Assembly: GCA_950097015.1 (NCBI GenBank)
Contig: CATNEN010000039.1
Location: 2,542,001 to 2,606,000, forward strand
Reading direction: 5' to 3'
Source of the DNA: Macrostomum hystrix
Lineage: Eukaryota; Animalia; Platyhelminthes
DNA: 64,000 nucleotides
The notes beneath the pieces were generated by a model. That model did not search any database and was not told the origin of the DNA. It saw nothing but the letters and a program-made list of their open reading frames with translations. A program made the translations under genes and the position numbers. This document shows, in pieces, positions 54,401-63,964 of the stretch (position 1 is the stretch's first letter; the number at the start of each line of letters is the position of its first letter).

Positions 54401-55801
54401 CTCTCAAAACTCACCAGCAGACTGATTGTCCCAGTCGAGTTGGCGAACAGCTCGAACGACTGCAGCCAGCCGTTGATGGCAAACTCGGCCCCGGACATGA
54501 CGAGTTGAGCCCCGGACTGCTGCTGCAGAAGAGAACCGCTGTCCGTGGTGGCAACTGGGTAACCGGCCCGCTGCCACGGAATGTCTGTTCAGAGGCGGAA
54601 AGTGTTGGATCGGCCGTTTGTCGAACAAATTATTGTTTGCTGACAGTTTGAGCACACAAGTACTCACTGGCTATGGGGAAGGACTCGACAGTTCCGTCGT
54701 TCCAGTTAACCCTGGCTAAAATGTCGGTGCCGGATGCAGTGGCCAGGGTGCAGGCAACCGGCGGTGCGGGTAAAGTTGCCCAGACTTTCGGACAGTCGAG
54801 AGTGGCACTGAGCAGCCTCTCGCCGGTGGGCACCTGCTTGGACACGTTTCCGATCTGGAATGTTTCGCAAAGGGTAGAGTTAAAAAAAGTTCTTAATCTA
54901 GCCAGCGCAACAGCGCTGAGGCGAGGTCAGCATGAAGTCTCCTGTGCTCCAGTCTCAGCTTCGATCTGACCCCTGCTTTACTTACAATTCCGCCTTCAAT
55001 GAAGAGAATTTGGACCCGGATGTCCATGACGCCAGGCTCTTGGTAGATCTTTGTGGAGCTGAACTGGTTCGCTGGGTTGCTCGACCAGTGGAGAGACGCC
55101 GCGTCGCCCTTCTCGTCTCCGTAAGTAAAACGAACAGACTTTGAACCGACAAAAAATGCAGCTGACTCTACAGCCACCTGGGCAGACGAGTACACTTCAA
55201 TCGAGCCGCTTGAATTGACGCCGATGTCGACAATCTCAATGAAGGCCACGCTTTGCGCATCGTAAACCTTGAGTTCGACGGAAAGCCTGTTTACTTGCTT
55301 GGAATGTGGGTACATTTTGTGATACTGTGGAGGGTACTGGGAGTGTGAGCTCTGATTGTGGGAGTGTGAGTTCTGATTGTGGGAGTGTGAGCTCTGATTG
55401 TGGGAGTGTGAGTTCTGATTGTGGGAGTGTGAGCTCTGATTGTGGGAGTGTGAGCTCTGATTGTGGGATTTGAGTTTTGATTAAAGGGTTGGAAATATCC
55501 GTCTGTACGATTGGGTTTTGCATGGTCGGGCGCAGGATCTCACAGCCATGCTGTCCTCATCAACGCAGTTGTCGGCAGTGGTGGCGTTAGGACCAGTCAT
55601 GCTGGCCGTGCTGTTGCCACAGAAGCAGAACTTGGCCTGCCAGATTCCGGCGAAGCGGACGCCTAGTCGGTGGCAGTTGTCGATGCAGACAAATCTAGCG
55701 GAACCCAGCGTCTCCGGGTTGTAGTCGCCGGGTGAAATGGACAAGCTTCTCTCCTGTTCGTTTTCCTTATAGCAGCCCAGATAGCTTGCTGTGGCAAAGA
55801 G

Positions 55802-55838
<37 letters not shown>

Positions 55839-55858
55839 GGGTAGAGCGTCTTGGTCAT
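27085..55858 (-). CDS. PKD1L: Polycystin-1-like (PKD1/REJ family) receptor-channel, 20 coding exons, about 3664 aa
   Basis: complement join(55858..55544,55267..54986,54854..54668,54584..54415,53467..51448,51353..51171,51077..50863,50334..50187,50027..48605,46960..46758,46601..46338,44867..44704,44564..44399,44297..44227,39486..39295,39211..39086,38886..37411,31490..31273,30457..27635,27433..27085). Total 10995 nt; every intron GT-AG with matching phases. Domains: poly-Leu signal peptide, WSC, PKD repeats, REJ, GPS (CACSHL/TSF), TM1, PLAT/LH2, polycystin channel. The exact paralog group is not assignable. Confidence 0.93.
27635..30457 (-). CDS. PKD1-like exon 19: PLAT C-terminal half, TM2-11, polycystin domain
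   Basis: PLGDLNFMRLWHDNSG..ASWY; HLWLSI..RP..SRFTRVER; WLDKQTRAVFVEF..YNPNVNLF; FILLNMFVAILN. Confidence 0.96.
31273..31490 (-). CDS. PKD1-like exon 18: PLAT/LH2 N-terminal half
   Basis: CTGCAG|LGVSPLPGNDP..KYLYELVVSTGLRRNAGTQSKVYFVLSG...LQRGCTNRFLL|GTCTGT. Confidence 0.9.
31506..37342. repeat. 18-bp satellite (~5.8 kb) filling PKD1-like intron 17
   Basis: Unit CTGGATTATA(G/C)TGTCTTG. Confidence 0.98.
37411..38886 (-). CDS. PKD1-like exon 17: GAIN/GPS and TM1
   Basis: SSSCY...WNSRGCVVG...TQCACSHLTSFAGGF...PNNIDW...TM...WARHWDKKD|GTTGGT. Confidence 0.94.
39086..39211 (-). CDS. PKD1-like exon 16
   Basis: TTGCAG|LNIKNK...TQAMT|GTATGG. Confidence 0.82.
39295..39486 (-). CDS. PKD1-like exon 15
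   Basis: CCTCAG|KLDSL...RDKRAQVMEIL...TLEQIKL...NGQ|GTCCGT. Confidence 0.83.
39560..42948. repeat. 21-bp satellite (~3.4 kb) in PKD1-like intron 14
   Basis: Unit GCCATGCATTCTACAAA(ATAA/GTAG/ATCA). Confidence 0.98.
44227..44297 (-). CDS. PKD1-like exon 14
   Basis: CTAAC branch, ATGCAG|QLTGSDLVTAAGSGYDKVSVNAES|GTAAGA; needed to bridge phase 1 to phase 0. Confidence 0.75.
44399..44564 (-). CDS. PKD1-like exon 13
   Basis: CTTCAG|THHPTVVLAEK...QTIA|GTAAGT; the acceptor is ambiguous because of the tandem 20-bp repeat. Confidence 0.78.
44559..44683. repeat. 20-bp repeat overlapping the exon 13 acceptor
   Basis: Unit GTGTCTGAAGAGAATTGGGT, about 6 copies. Confidence 0.9.
44704..44867 (-). CDS. PKD1-like exon 12
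   Basis: TCGCAG|LQPDT...VCVIATDRLGA...TVT|GTGAGT. Confidence 0.82.
44960..46366. repeat. 47-bp minisatellite derived from the exon 11 / intron 11 junction
   Basis: Unit TAGGGGGCTACTCAGGCACAAACTGACAGGACTCGATGCTGTCCCAG; the last copy is the real exon end plus donor. Confidence 0.96.
46338..46601 (-). CDS. PKD1-like exon 11 (REJ)
   Basis: CTCCAG|...NTIPAVGVC...GTAGVTVFRINCTGFNDTDGIESYQF|GTGAGT. Confidence 0.87.
46758..46960 (-). CDS. PKD1-like exon 10 (REJ)
   Basis: ATTCAG|RCRTGVDC...INPSDVIQLAGLC...|GTGAGA. Confidence 0.85.
47588..48474. repeat. 24-bp minisatellite (PKD1-like intron 9)
   Basis: Unit CAGTCACTACACATACCTACTGGA, nearly invariant. Confidence 0.97.
48605..50027 (-). CDS. PKD1-like exon 9: last PKD repeats and REJ start
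   Basis: CRPPVL...REWNI...LALPKHFLEIGLY...SPLV...GG...LDPYSFSNDPD (REJ pattern). Confidence 0.9.
50187..50334 (-). CDS. PKD1-like exon 8
   Basis: CAACAG|VGMFDSIS...PFVSSG|GTAAGC. Confidence 0.82.
50373..50802. repeat. 44-bp minisatellite (PKD1-like intron 7)
   Basis: Unit GAGTCCAACGCCTCTCAGGTTTGGGACTGCTCACTCCGGATCGC. Confidence 0.95.
50863..51077 (-). CDS. PKD1-like exon 7
   Basis: AAACAG|APVQFNISY...HYNFASAGYK...LNFE|GTTAGT; not in the ORF track. Confidence 0.8.
51171..51353 (-). CDS. PKD1-like exon 6
   Basis: TTGCAG|...MNYTYTTVGSRRLQVTICNP...|GTAGGC, phase 1/1. Confidence 0.82.
51448..53467 (-). CDS. PKD1-like exon 5: multiple PKD (Ig-like) repeats
   Basis: PKD-type motifs WVIGDGT, IDFKDGN, FNWDDGS, HTF..G.Y.V; many N-x-S/T sequons; CACAG|...|GTAAGT. 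Confidence 0.92.
54415..54584 (-). CDS. PKD1-like exon 4
   Basis: AACAG|...GAEFAINGWLQSFELFANSTGTISLL|GTGAGT. Confidence 0.82.
54668..54854 (-). CDS. PKD1-like exon 3
   Basis: TTCCAG|IGNVSK...VNWNDGT...|GTGAGT, phase 1. Confidence 0.82.
54986..55267 (-). CDS. PKD1-like exon 2
   Basis: TCAAG|VYDAQ (completes WSC)...FTYGD...IYQEPG...EGGI|GTAAGT. Confidence 0.8.
55338..55468. repeat. 21-bp minisatellite (PKD1-like intron 1)
   Basis: Unit TGGGAGTGTGAGCTCTGATTG, about 6 copies. Confidence 0.92.
55544..55858 (-). CDS. PKD1-like exon 1: signal peptide and WSC domain
   Basis: MTKTLYPLLLLLLLLLLLPLFATAS-YLGCYKE...CIDNC...FAGIWQAKFCFCGN; donor GTGAGA. Confidence 0.88.
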
Positions 55859-57709
55859 TGCCGCGATGTGCGACTGTAGGTACAGGTAAAAGATGCTATA
55901 ATATGAGCGATTGTGAGCACGGGCCAGCCTCGCAAGAAGTATCAGGAGGGTCATTTCAAATACCAACATTTTTCTGCTATCTGTATCTCCCAATCCGATC
56001 CTCGGGGTGTCGGTGGCAAATACCTGCAATCTGCAATATACGCATAACTTTCCTGCTCATGAAATTTAATCAGGGCACCAAGTCGGCGCCCAAACTACGC
56101 GAATCGGTCGCAGGGGCCAGTCACCAGGGTCCCCTTCATCACCGTCTGGAGCATCGGCGGTGACGGTCCGGACCTTCAGCAGAAGCACCCAATCGGCGGC
56201 CATCTCAGCAGCATTGACCCAATAGGGATTCGCCATAGAGGTTTACACAGCGCAATGTTATTTATCATTGTCACCAGATTCTTCCACAAGAATGCTGACT
56301 CGAATGCTGAATGCTGACAAGAATCTCGACGATGCTCACTCGGACGGCTTTGAATTGGCGGAAAATCTTGATCCATATGATGGACTTTAACAAATATCTG
56401 TCATTTAGTTTGGGAGCTATCGTGAAGTATTTGAAATACCCCTGGTCTTTCCCCAAGAGGGGACTGTTAGTCGAATCGCACTTACCTGTGTTTCGCAGGT
56501 CATGCTTCTCTGGCAGAATCTCAGGCCTTGGCTTGCTGCAGTTTCTGTTGAGCTGCAGTTGTCTTGAAGCTCGGGCGTAGTCTATTACACCGAGCATAAA
56601 TTAATTATTCCCTGGCTTGAACTGTGTTGCCGTCTGCCTGGCAACCAATAACACACCACCCTGCTGGTTGGGAGCAGGCTATTGTATCTAGTCAGCGACG
56701 CTCATACAGTCCTCCGCTACCTGTCGCAATACACTCGCACGTGCCTGTAGGGGATGAGTGGGTAAGGATCGTTTTGACTCGCAACCATCCCACCGCTGCC
56801 ACCAGCTGCCACCAGCTAATGTAAAATAGACTGGATAGGAAATAAAACAGATGCGCGAAATGGGTTGCGGACATCGTCCAATTAGGCCGCTGTTAATCTA
56901 AAAACAAATTCAGGGGATATTTTTGTGATATCCCCGACTTGCCCCGGGCAGCTGTCTATGTTTTTAAGCTTTTAATTTATTTGCACTAGTGCAATAAATT
57001 ATTTATTTCACTTTGCATCGATGCAAATAAATTAACTATAAACACAGAACTATAACACAAACCATAGACAAACAGAATTAAAAGCGAACGAATCAATAAT
57101 CAGCAATGATAAAAATAAAATTGTTTGTTTGCCCGTTTCAAGTTAGGGATACATATCATAATCCCCACTCATAAATGGGGAATATGATACATTTACATCT
57201 TCCAGGACATTAAACGGCTTCTGCGTTAAACTGTGCAAATTAAAGTGCAAATTATTGATGTTCACTATCAGTTTTGTGCAATGTCAATTTCTTCGCTTTT
57301 TGTGCAGAAATAATTACGGCGCGCATCACGTGACCAAACAGGCGCGCAGAGACCACCTCCAACCCTGTTTGCTCAGCTCGGCTGTCTGCTGGCCTAAGGC
57401 GCCCCCTAGCAACAAGAAAAGGCGTCCACCGATCTCTAAGTTTATCCTTAAGGAGGGGTGACAGAGACGCGTGGCGAGCGATAAAAGCTCTCGTCATTAG
57501 GCTATATCAAGGTGTGGGTCACGGGCTAGCACAGATAATGAACGACTGCGAGCTTAAGCGCAGCTTTCAAGCTTTGTCTGAGAAAGGCATTCTTTTTTTG
57601 CACCCAGATTAGTGCGCGCTCCAGAGCTGAACCAGGGTCGAATCTCGGGACACGTTTGAATACATTAAATCTAAAGTAAGCGGGGTGGCATAAAAGACAT
57701 TTTATTGCG

Positions 57710-59620
57710 ATGCTGTCAGTCCTGGATCCTGTCCACGGGCCAGTTGGTGGATTCGTTGACGAGTTCGGCTCTGACGAGCGATGGCTGCATAACTCCGCTT
57801 TTCATGGCGGCGGCGGTGGCGGCGTCGGCGGCGGCATAGACGGGGCTTCCTCAAGGCGACGATACCGAAAACGGAATCACCTGCAGCAGTCTCAGCCGCA
57901 GCCTCAGCCGCAGCTCCAGTCGACCAGTCAGCGCAAGTTGGCCAAGGTTTCGCTGCAGCCGCGCGCCGGAGTCGGTGGTCGTCGGCTTGAAGACATCGCC
58001 GAATTCTCGGCTAGAAGTCCAGCCTGGCACGCAGAGCTCGAGCTGGCAGGCCAGCGGGCAGAGGCGCTTCGCTGCAGCGTCCAGCTGGTAGAGGCGGACG
58101 CTGTGGCCCTCGAGCGCAACCAGCAGGCGCACAGGCGGCTGCATGCGGAGCTCATGGCTATATTTGATGCGATATTTGTCGAGGCCGACGCTGTTTTCGA
58201 ACGGCACCGGATGCGGCTGCAGGAGGAGGCCGCCGAGCTGAAGCGTCGAACTGCTCAGCTGGAGGATCAGCTGAGCGCGCTGAATGCGGCTGCTGAAGGC
58301 GATGGTGGCAATGACTTGCAGTGTAGCGACACTCGACGGGACCTGGTCGGCAGCTGGGAGGAGCTGCTGACCCTCCTGACGCTCGACACCGTGCCCAGCA
58401 GCCGAGCCGCTCCTTGCCGCGGTGGCGCGTTCGGCGAAGAGTTTCAGCAGGCGGTTAAGACCCGCCTGTCCAGGCGCAGTGGTGGCAGCGACGTCAGTGA
58501 AATCATTCGCGACTTTCGCCGTCAGCAACCGAGCAGCGCCTGCCGGGTGTTCCCCTGCGTGCTCAACCTACTGGCGGAGGTTCGATCGGAGATGCTGGCT
58601 GAGGAGATTCCTCCGCAACAGCAGCAGCAGAATAATCCGTCCCCAGCTCAGTTGCTACAATTACCATCTCAAGGGGCTGCCAGACTCTTGGACACTGGCG
58701 GTGTGCGGCTGACCGACCTCGCCATCGTTAGGCCCTCCCAGACACTTTTCTACAAGCCGAAGTTCGGCGTGAAACGCCAGCGAGGCTGGTTCGGTTGGTC
58801 AGCCCTGCCCGAGTCTGTGTTGTACGGCGTGGCGCCCGGTGAGTGCGGCTCCCAGCTGCTGGTGCTGTCCCGGGCTGGCCAGTTCCTCACCAGCATGCGC
58901 CTCACATTCGACACGTGCCCGAGCGCTGGCGCCCAGGCCAGCCGCTTCGAAGCCCTGCACTTTAGCCGGCGCGCACAGCTGCTGTTCCTGTCCGACGCGC
59001 CCAACAACCGCGTCCTGGCTGCCGACCTCTGCGGCTCCTGCAAACTGCAGCTGACGGGCCTCAACCAGCCGCGCGGTGTTCACCACGACGATCTCAATGA
59101 GCGCCTGTTTGTCATCAATAGCGGCACGGCGACACTGGAAGTGTTCAGCTGTCCTCTCTATCCACAGCAGCAGCAGCAGCAGCTGCAGCGGCTGGAAAAG
59201 TGCATTCAGCATCCGGGCGTCCTTCGCATCAGCGCCGTGACCAGCAGCCTGCGCTGCGTGTACGTCACCGACTGCCAGCTGGGCCGAGTTTTTGTGTTCG
59301 CCAACCAGCCGCCCGGCTTCGCGCTCCTGCGCACCGTCGACCTTCTGGGACAGTCGCCGACATCCTCGTCTCCAGCTCCATCCGTTGGGCCGCCATTGTT
59401 CGCCCACTTCGCTGCCGCGTCACCGCATGACTCAGGCGCTGAGCCAGAGCTGCGCACCACGGAGCTGACGCTGGCCTGCAGCGGTGCGGCTGACCATCCG
59501 CTGAATCGACGCTCGCTCTACTGCGTCAACGAGGCCGGATGCGCCTTCCACCCCGAGGACTTCACCGTGTACTTTTGTCATCCGGGAGAAGCCAGCGTGA
59601 TCTCGGTGCCTCTCAGTTAG
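57710..59620 (+). CDS. Single-exon coiled-coil plus NHL-like beta-propeller protein (TRIM-NHL-like, no RING/B-box seen)
   Basis: 636-aa GC-rich ORF; heptad-rich segment (ALRCSVQLVE...LQEEAAELKRRTAQLEDQLSAL); NHL-like blades LFLSDAPNNRV, GLNQPRGV...LFVINSG, VYVTDCQLGRVFVF. Confidence 0.75.
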   Translation: MLSVLDPVHGPVGGFVDEFGSDERWLHNSAFHGGGGGGVGGGIDGASSRRRYRKRNHLQQSQPQPQPQLQSTSQRKLAKVSLQPRAGVGGRRLEDIAEFSARSPAWHAELELAGQRAEALRCSVQLVEADAVALERNQQAHRRLHAELMAIFDAIFVEADAVFERHRMRLQEEAAELKRRTAQLEDQLSALNAAAEGDGGNDLQCSDTRRDLVGSWEELLTLLTLDTVPSSRAAPCRGGAFGEEFQQAVKTRLSRRSGGSDVSEIIRDFRRQQPSSACRVFPCVLNLLAEVRSEMLAEEIPPQQQQQNNPSPAQLLQLPSQGAARLLDTGGVRLTDLAIVRPSQTLFYKPKFGVKRQRGWFGWSALPESVLYGVAPGECGSQLLVLSRAGQFLTSMRLTFDTCPSAGAQASRFEALHFSRRAQLLFLSDAPNNRVLAADLCGSCKLQLTGLNQPRGVHHDDLNERLFVINSGTATLEVFSCPLYPQQQQQQLQRLEKCIQHPGVLRISAVTSSLRCVYVTDCQLGRVFVFANQPPGFALLRTVDLLGQSPTSSSPAPSVGPPLFAHFAAASPHDSGAEPELRTTELTLACSGAADHPLNRRSLYCVNEAGCAFHPEDFTVYFCHPGEASVISVPLS

Positions 59621-60629
59621 TTGAGTCCTTCATTCTTCACGTGTGAGCAGCCGAGCACCACAGACAATTGAATGGCTCATCATGAGGAGCATTTTCTGTG
59701 AGAATTAACTGTACAGTACGGCCCAATGGATGCCAGTCAGAAGTCGATTTCAAATTCATACTTGTAAATAACAATACTAAAAAAAACTCTGACGCTGTTG
59801 ACAGACGCTGTTGATGGACACCAGAATGATGTCCACAGACACTTGACTGCTGTCCAAGGACACCCAAATGTTGTCCGGTCGCTCAATGTAGTCCACAGAA
59901 ATCCTACTGATATCCATGGACACCCACATTCTGTCCATGGACACCTAACTGCTTTCCACGGACACCTAAATGTGGTCCTTGGACACCTAAATGCTGTCCT
60001 AGGACACCTAAACTGCTATCCAGACCCCACTGTTGTCGAGAGAATCAAACTACAGTCCACATAAAACAAACTGCTGTCCATAGACACCTCCCTATTTGTC
60101 CATAGACACCTCCCTATTTTTCCATAGACACCTCCCTATTTGTCCACATTCACTCCCGTCACTTAACAGACCCCGCATTTGTACAGCCGCATGGAGGTCA
60201 CATTGTCAATCGTCAATCGAAGCTGTTTCAATACCTGTTTAGTTTCGCGCCCAATGTTTACTTGAAGCAATTAATTTGCAATCTTTGACTTAATCAGTGC
60301 CGCCATGACTAACGAATACACGAGTATATTTGTTTTCACCGCGTGGCCTATTTTTCTCGATGATTAATAACTCTCGAGTAAATATTCTGTTTGTATCTCT
60401 TGTTCATGCATTGTTTTCATGCGAACCAGAGACTCTGGGTCTCACACATACACAGCTGCACCCCGCAAACTTCTCAGCGCCTGAAAGTGGCAGAAATGTG
60501 CTTAGGCCGGGTTTTCATGCAGCCTGCTGCAGCGATAAGATAATGACTGTGCCCGGCGCTGAGCACTTTACAATCTGGTACTGCGGCAGCTCAGAGCACA
60601 ACGCGAATGGCTCAGAACCAAAGGGCACA

Positions 60630-61208
60630 GGACCCTCCCAATGAGATGGGACCCTCCCGAATCCCAATGAGATGGGACCCTCCCGAATCCCAATGAGATG
60701 GGACCCTCCCGAATCCCAATGAGATGGGACCCTCCCGAATCCCAATGATATGGGACCTTCCCAAATCCCAATGATATGGGACCTTCCCAAATCCCAATGA
60801 TATGGACCTTCCCAAATCCCAATGATATGGGACCCTCCCGAATCCCAATGAGATGGGACCCTCTTAAATCGCAATGATATGGACCTTCCCAAATCCCAAT
60901 GAGATGGGACCCTCCCGAATCCCAATGAGATGGGACCCTCTTAAATCGCAATGATATGGACCTTCCCAAATCCCAATGAGATGGGACCCTCCCGAATCCC
61001 AATGAGATGGGACCCTCTTAAATCGCAATGAGATGGTACCCATCCAAATCCCAATGATATGGGACCCTCCTAAATCCCAATAAGGATAGGACCCTCCCGA
61101 ATCCCAATGAGATGGGACCCTCCCGAATCCCAATGAGATGGGACCCTCCCGAATCCCAATGAGATGGACCTTCCCAAATCCCAATGAGATGGGACCTTCC
61201 CGAATCCC
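60630..61208. repeat. 26-bp minisatellite
   Basis: Unit GGGACCCTCCCGAATCCCAATGAGAT. Confidence 0.94.
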
Positions 61209-61758
61209 AGATGAGTCTGGGGCATTCGCCAGCAGTCGCCTCGCAGATATCTCAAAGCTGTTCTGAACAGCGATGGCACCAGCCCTAATGCAGGTGAATG
61301 CAGGTGAATACAGGTGAATGAAGGTGAATTTAGAAATCTAGCAGGCGTGAATGTATCGCAAAACAAGCAGCTAAAAATAAGCGGCAGACTGTAAGGACCT
61401 GCCCCCCGTGCTAAACAATCTACTCAAAAATCATGTGTGGGATAACTCAAACAGCGGGCTCGCAGTTCTACCGCCTGCATTTATTGTCTCAGACTCGCAC
61501 CAGCACCGCCTAGCGACTAGGGGGGTTGGCAACTGCCTACGGTGAGGATTTAGTGAAGCCTGAGAGGACTCTTTTCAATCAGAAAATCTGCTTTATTGTG
61601 TTGTAATTTTTTATTTTTGTCACAAAATTCACTCAGTGTATCAAGAGCGAGAGAGCTACTGATGCAATCAATAATAAAATGATTTGCTGCTCAGACCAAA
61701 ATAAATAATTTATTCTCGAGTTTTCCAATTCTACTCTAGCAATGCAGCTAAACCTGGT

Positions 61759-63202
61759 CTGAATCAAGTGATGGAGGAGCTGGGAAGCTGAATCAAGTGA
61801 TGGAGGAGCTGGGAAGCTGAATCAAGTGATGGAGGAGCTGGGAAGCTGAATCAAGTGATGGAGGAGCTGGGAAGCTGAATCAAGTGATGGGGGGCTGGGA
61901 AGCTGAATCAAGTGGTGGGGAGCTGGGAAGCTGAATCAAGTGATGGAGGAGCTGGGAAGCTGAATCAAGTGATGGGGGAGCTGGGAAGCTGAATCAAGTG
62001 ATGGGGGAGCTGGGAAGCTGAATCAAGTGATGGGGGAGCTGGGAAGCTGAATCAAGTGATGGAGGAGCTGGGAAGCTGAATCAAGTGATGGAGGAGCTGG
62101 GAAGCTGAATCAAGTGATGGAGGAGCTGGGAAGCTGAATCAAGTGATGGAGGAGCTGGGAAGCTGAATCAAGTGATGGAGGAGCTGGGAAGCTGAATCAA
62201 GTGATGGAGGAGCTGGGAAGCTGAATCAAGTGATGGAGGAGCTGGGAAGCTGAATCAAGTGATGGGGGAGCTGGGAAGCTGAATCAAGTGATGGGGGAGC
62301 TGGGAAGCTGAATCAAGTGATGGGGGAGCTGGGAAGCTGAATCAAGTGATGGGGGAGCTGGGAAGCTGAATCAAGTGATGGGGGAGCTGGGAAGCTGAAT
62401 CAAGTGATGGAGGACAGCTTTTAGCTATTTTATTTTAGCCGAAGCCACAGACGACAGAAAAGTAAGCGAGAAAAATTACCATAACTTCAACATAGCTATC
62501 ACACGTCTGCTTGCTGACAGACTGTTAGATACGGGTTGACAGACTGTTAGACATGGGTTGACAAACTGTTAGACATGGGTTGACCGGTTGTTATGTTCTG
62601 TTAAGTTAAGTTCTGTTCTTTTCAGCTGGGAAGCTGAATCAAGTGATGGGGGGCTGGGAAGCTGAATCAAGTGGTGGGGAGCTGGGAAGCTGAATCAAGT
62701 GATGGAGGAGCTGGGAAGCTGAATCAAGTGATGGGGGAGCTGGGAAGCTGAATCAAGTGATGGGGGAGCTGGGAAGCTGAATCAAGTGATGGGGGAGCTG
62801 GGAAGCTGAATCAAGTGATGGAGGAGCTGGGAAGCTGAATCAAGTGATGGAGGAGCTGGGAAGCTGAATCAAGTGATGGAGGAGCTGGGAAGCTGAATCA
62901 AGTGATGGAGGAGCTGGGAAGCTGAATCAAGTGATGGAGGAGCTGGGAAGCTGAATCAAGTGATGGGGGAGCTGGGAAGCTGAATCAAGTGATGGAGGAG
63001 CTGGGAAGCTGAATCAAGTGATGGAGGAGCTGGGAAGCTGAATCAAGTGATGGGGGAGCTGGGAAGCTGAATCAAGTGATGGGGGAGCTGGGAAGCTGAA
63101 TCAAGTGATGGGGGAGCTGGGAAGCTGAATCAAGTGATGGGGGAGCTGGGAAGCTGAATCAAGTGATGGGGGAGCTGGGAAGCTGAATCAAGTGATGGAG
63201 GA
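61759..63202. repeat. 29-bp minisatellite in two blocks, within a 788-bp tandem duplication
   Basis: Unit GCTGGGAAGCTGAATCAAGTGATGG(A/G)GGA; the unique segment 62413-62592 recurs at 63201-63380. Confidence 0.95.
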
Positions 63203-63302
63203 CAGCTTTTAGCTATTTTATTTTAGCCGAAGCCACAGACGACAGAAAAGTAAGCGAGAAAAATTACCATAACTTCAACATAGCTATCACACGTCTGCTT
63301 GC

Positions 63303-63808
63303 TGACAGACTGTTAGATACGGGTTGACAGACTGTTAGACATGGGTTGACAAACTGTTAGACATGGGTTGACCGGTTGTTAGACATGGGTTATTAGACAC
63401 GGACACGATGACAGGCTATTAGACACGGATGGACTGGATGTTAGACAGGCTGTTAGACTTGGGTTGACAGGCTGTTAGACTTGGGTTGACAGGCTGTTAG
63501 ACTTGGGTTGACAGGCTGTTAGACTTGGGTTATTAGACACGGACACGATGACAGGCTATTAGACACGAATGGACTGGATGTTAGACAGGCTGTTAGACTT
63601 GGGTTGACAGGCTGTTAGACTTGGGTTGACCGGTTGTTAGACTTGGGTTGACCGGTTGTTAGACTTGGGTTGACCGGTTGTTAGACTTGGGTTGACCGGT
63701 TGTTAGACATGGGTTGACCGGTTGTTAGACATGGGTTGACCGGTTGTTAGACATGGGTTGACCGGTTGTTAGACATGGGTTGACCGGTTGTTAGACATGG
63801 GTTGACAG
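63303..63808. repeat. 22-bp minisatellite
   Basis: Unit GGGTTGACCGGTTGTTAGACAT and variants. Confidence 0.9.
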
Positions 63809-63875
63809 CATGAGACAATAAAGCGTTTGAGTCCAAAGAGCGCAAAGCGACAGTCGATGCCGAAGAGTCGCAAAG

Positions 63876-63964
63876 TCACGGATTCTCAACAAGTTTGAGC
63901 AGCTGGTCAGCCAGATCTCGGGCGGATTCGAGCACACTGCTCAGCCTGTGGTGCTCAGCCATCT
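63876..63964 (-). CDS. Probable terminal coding exon of a gene starting beyond the window end
   Basis: CTAATTGAC branch-like site and CCTTGATTCCTTTCAG acceptor, then (x)MAEHHRLSSVLESARDLADQLLKLVENP* with GC3-rich codons. Confidence 0.45.

Noticed and set aside
55859-56029. N-terminal extension of PKD1-like exon 1 from the ORF track
   Set aside because: The ATG at 55858 directly precedes a signal peptide, and an acceptor lies at 55874.
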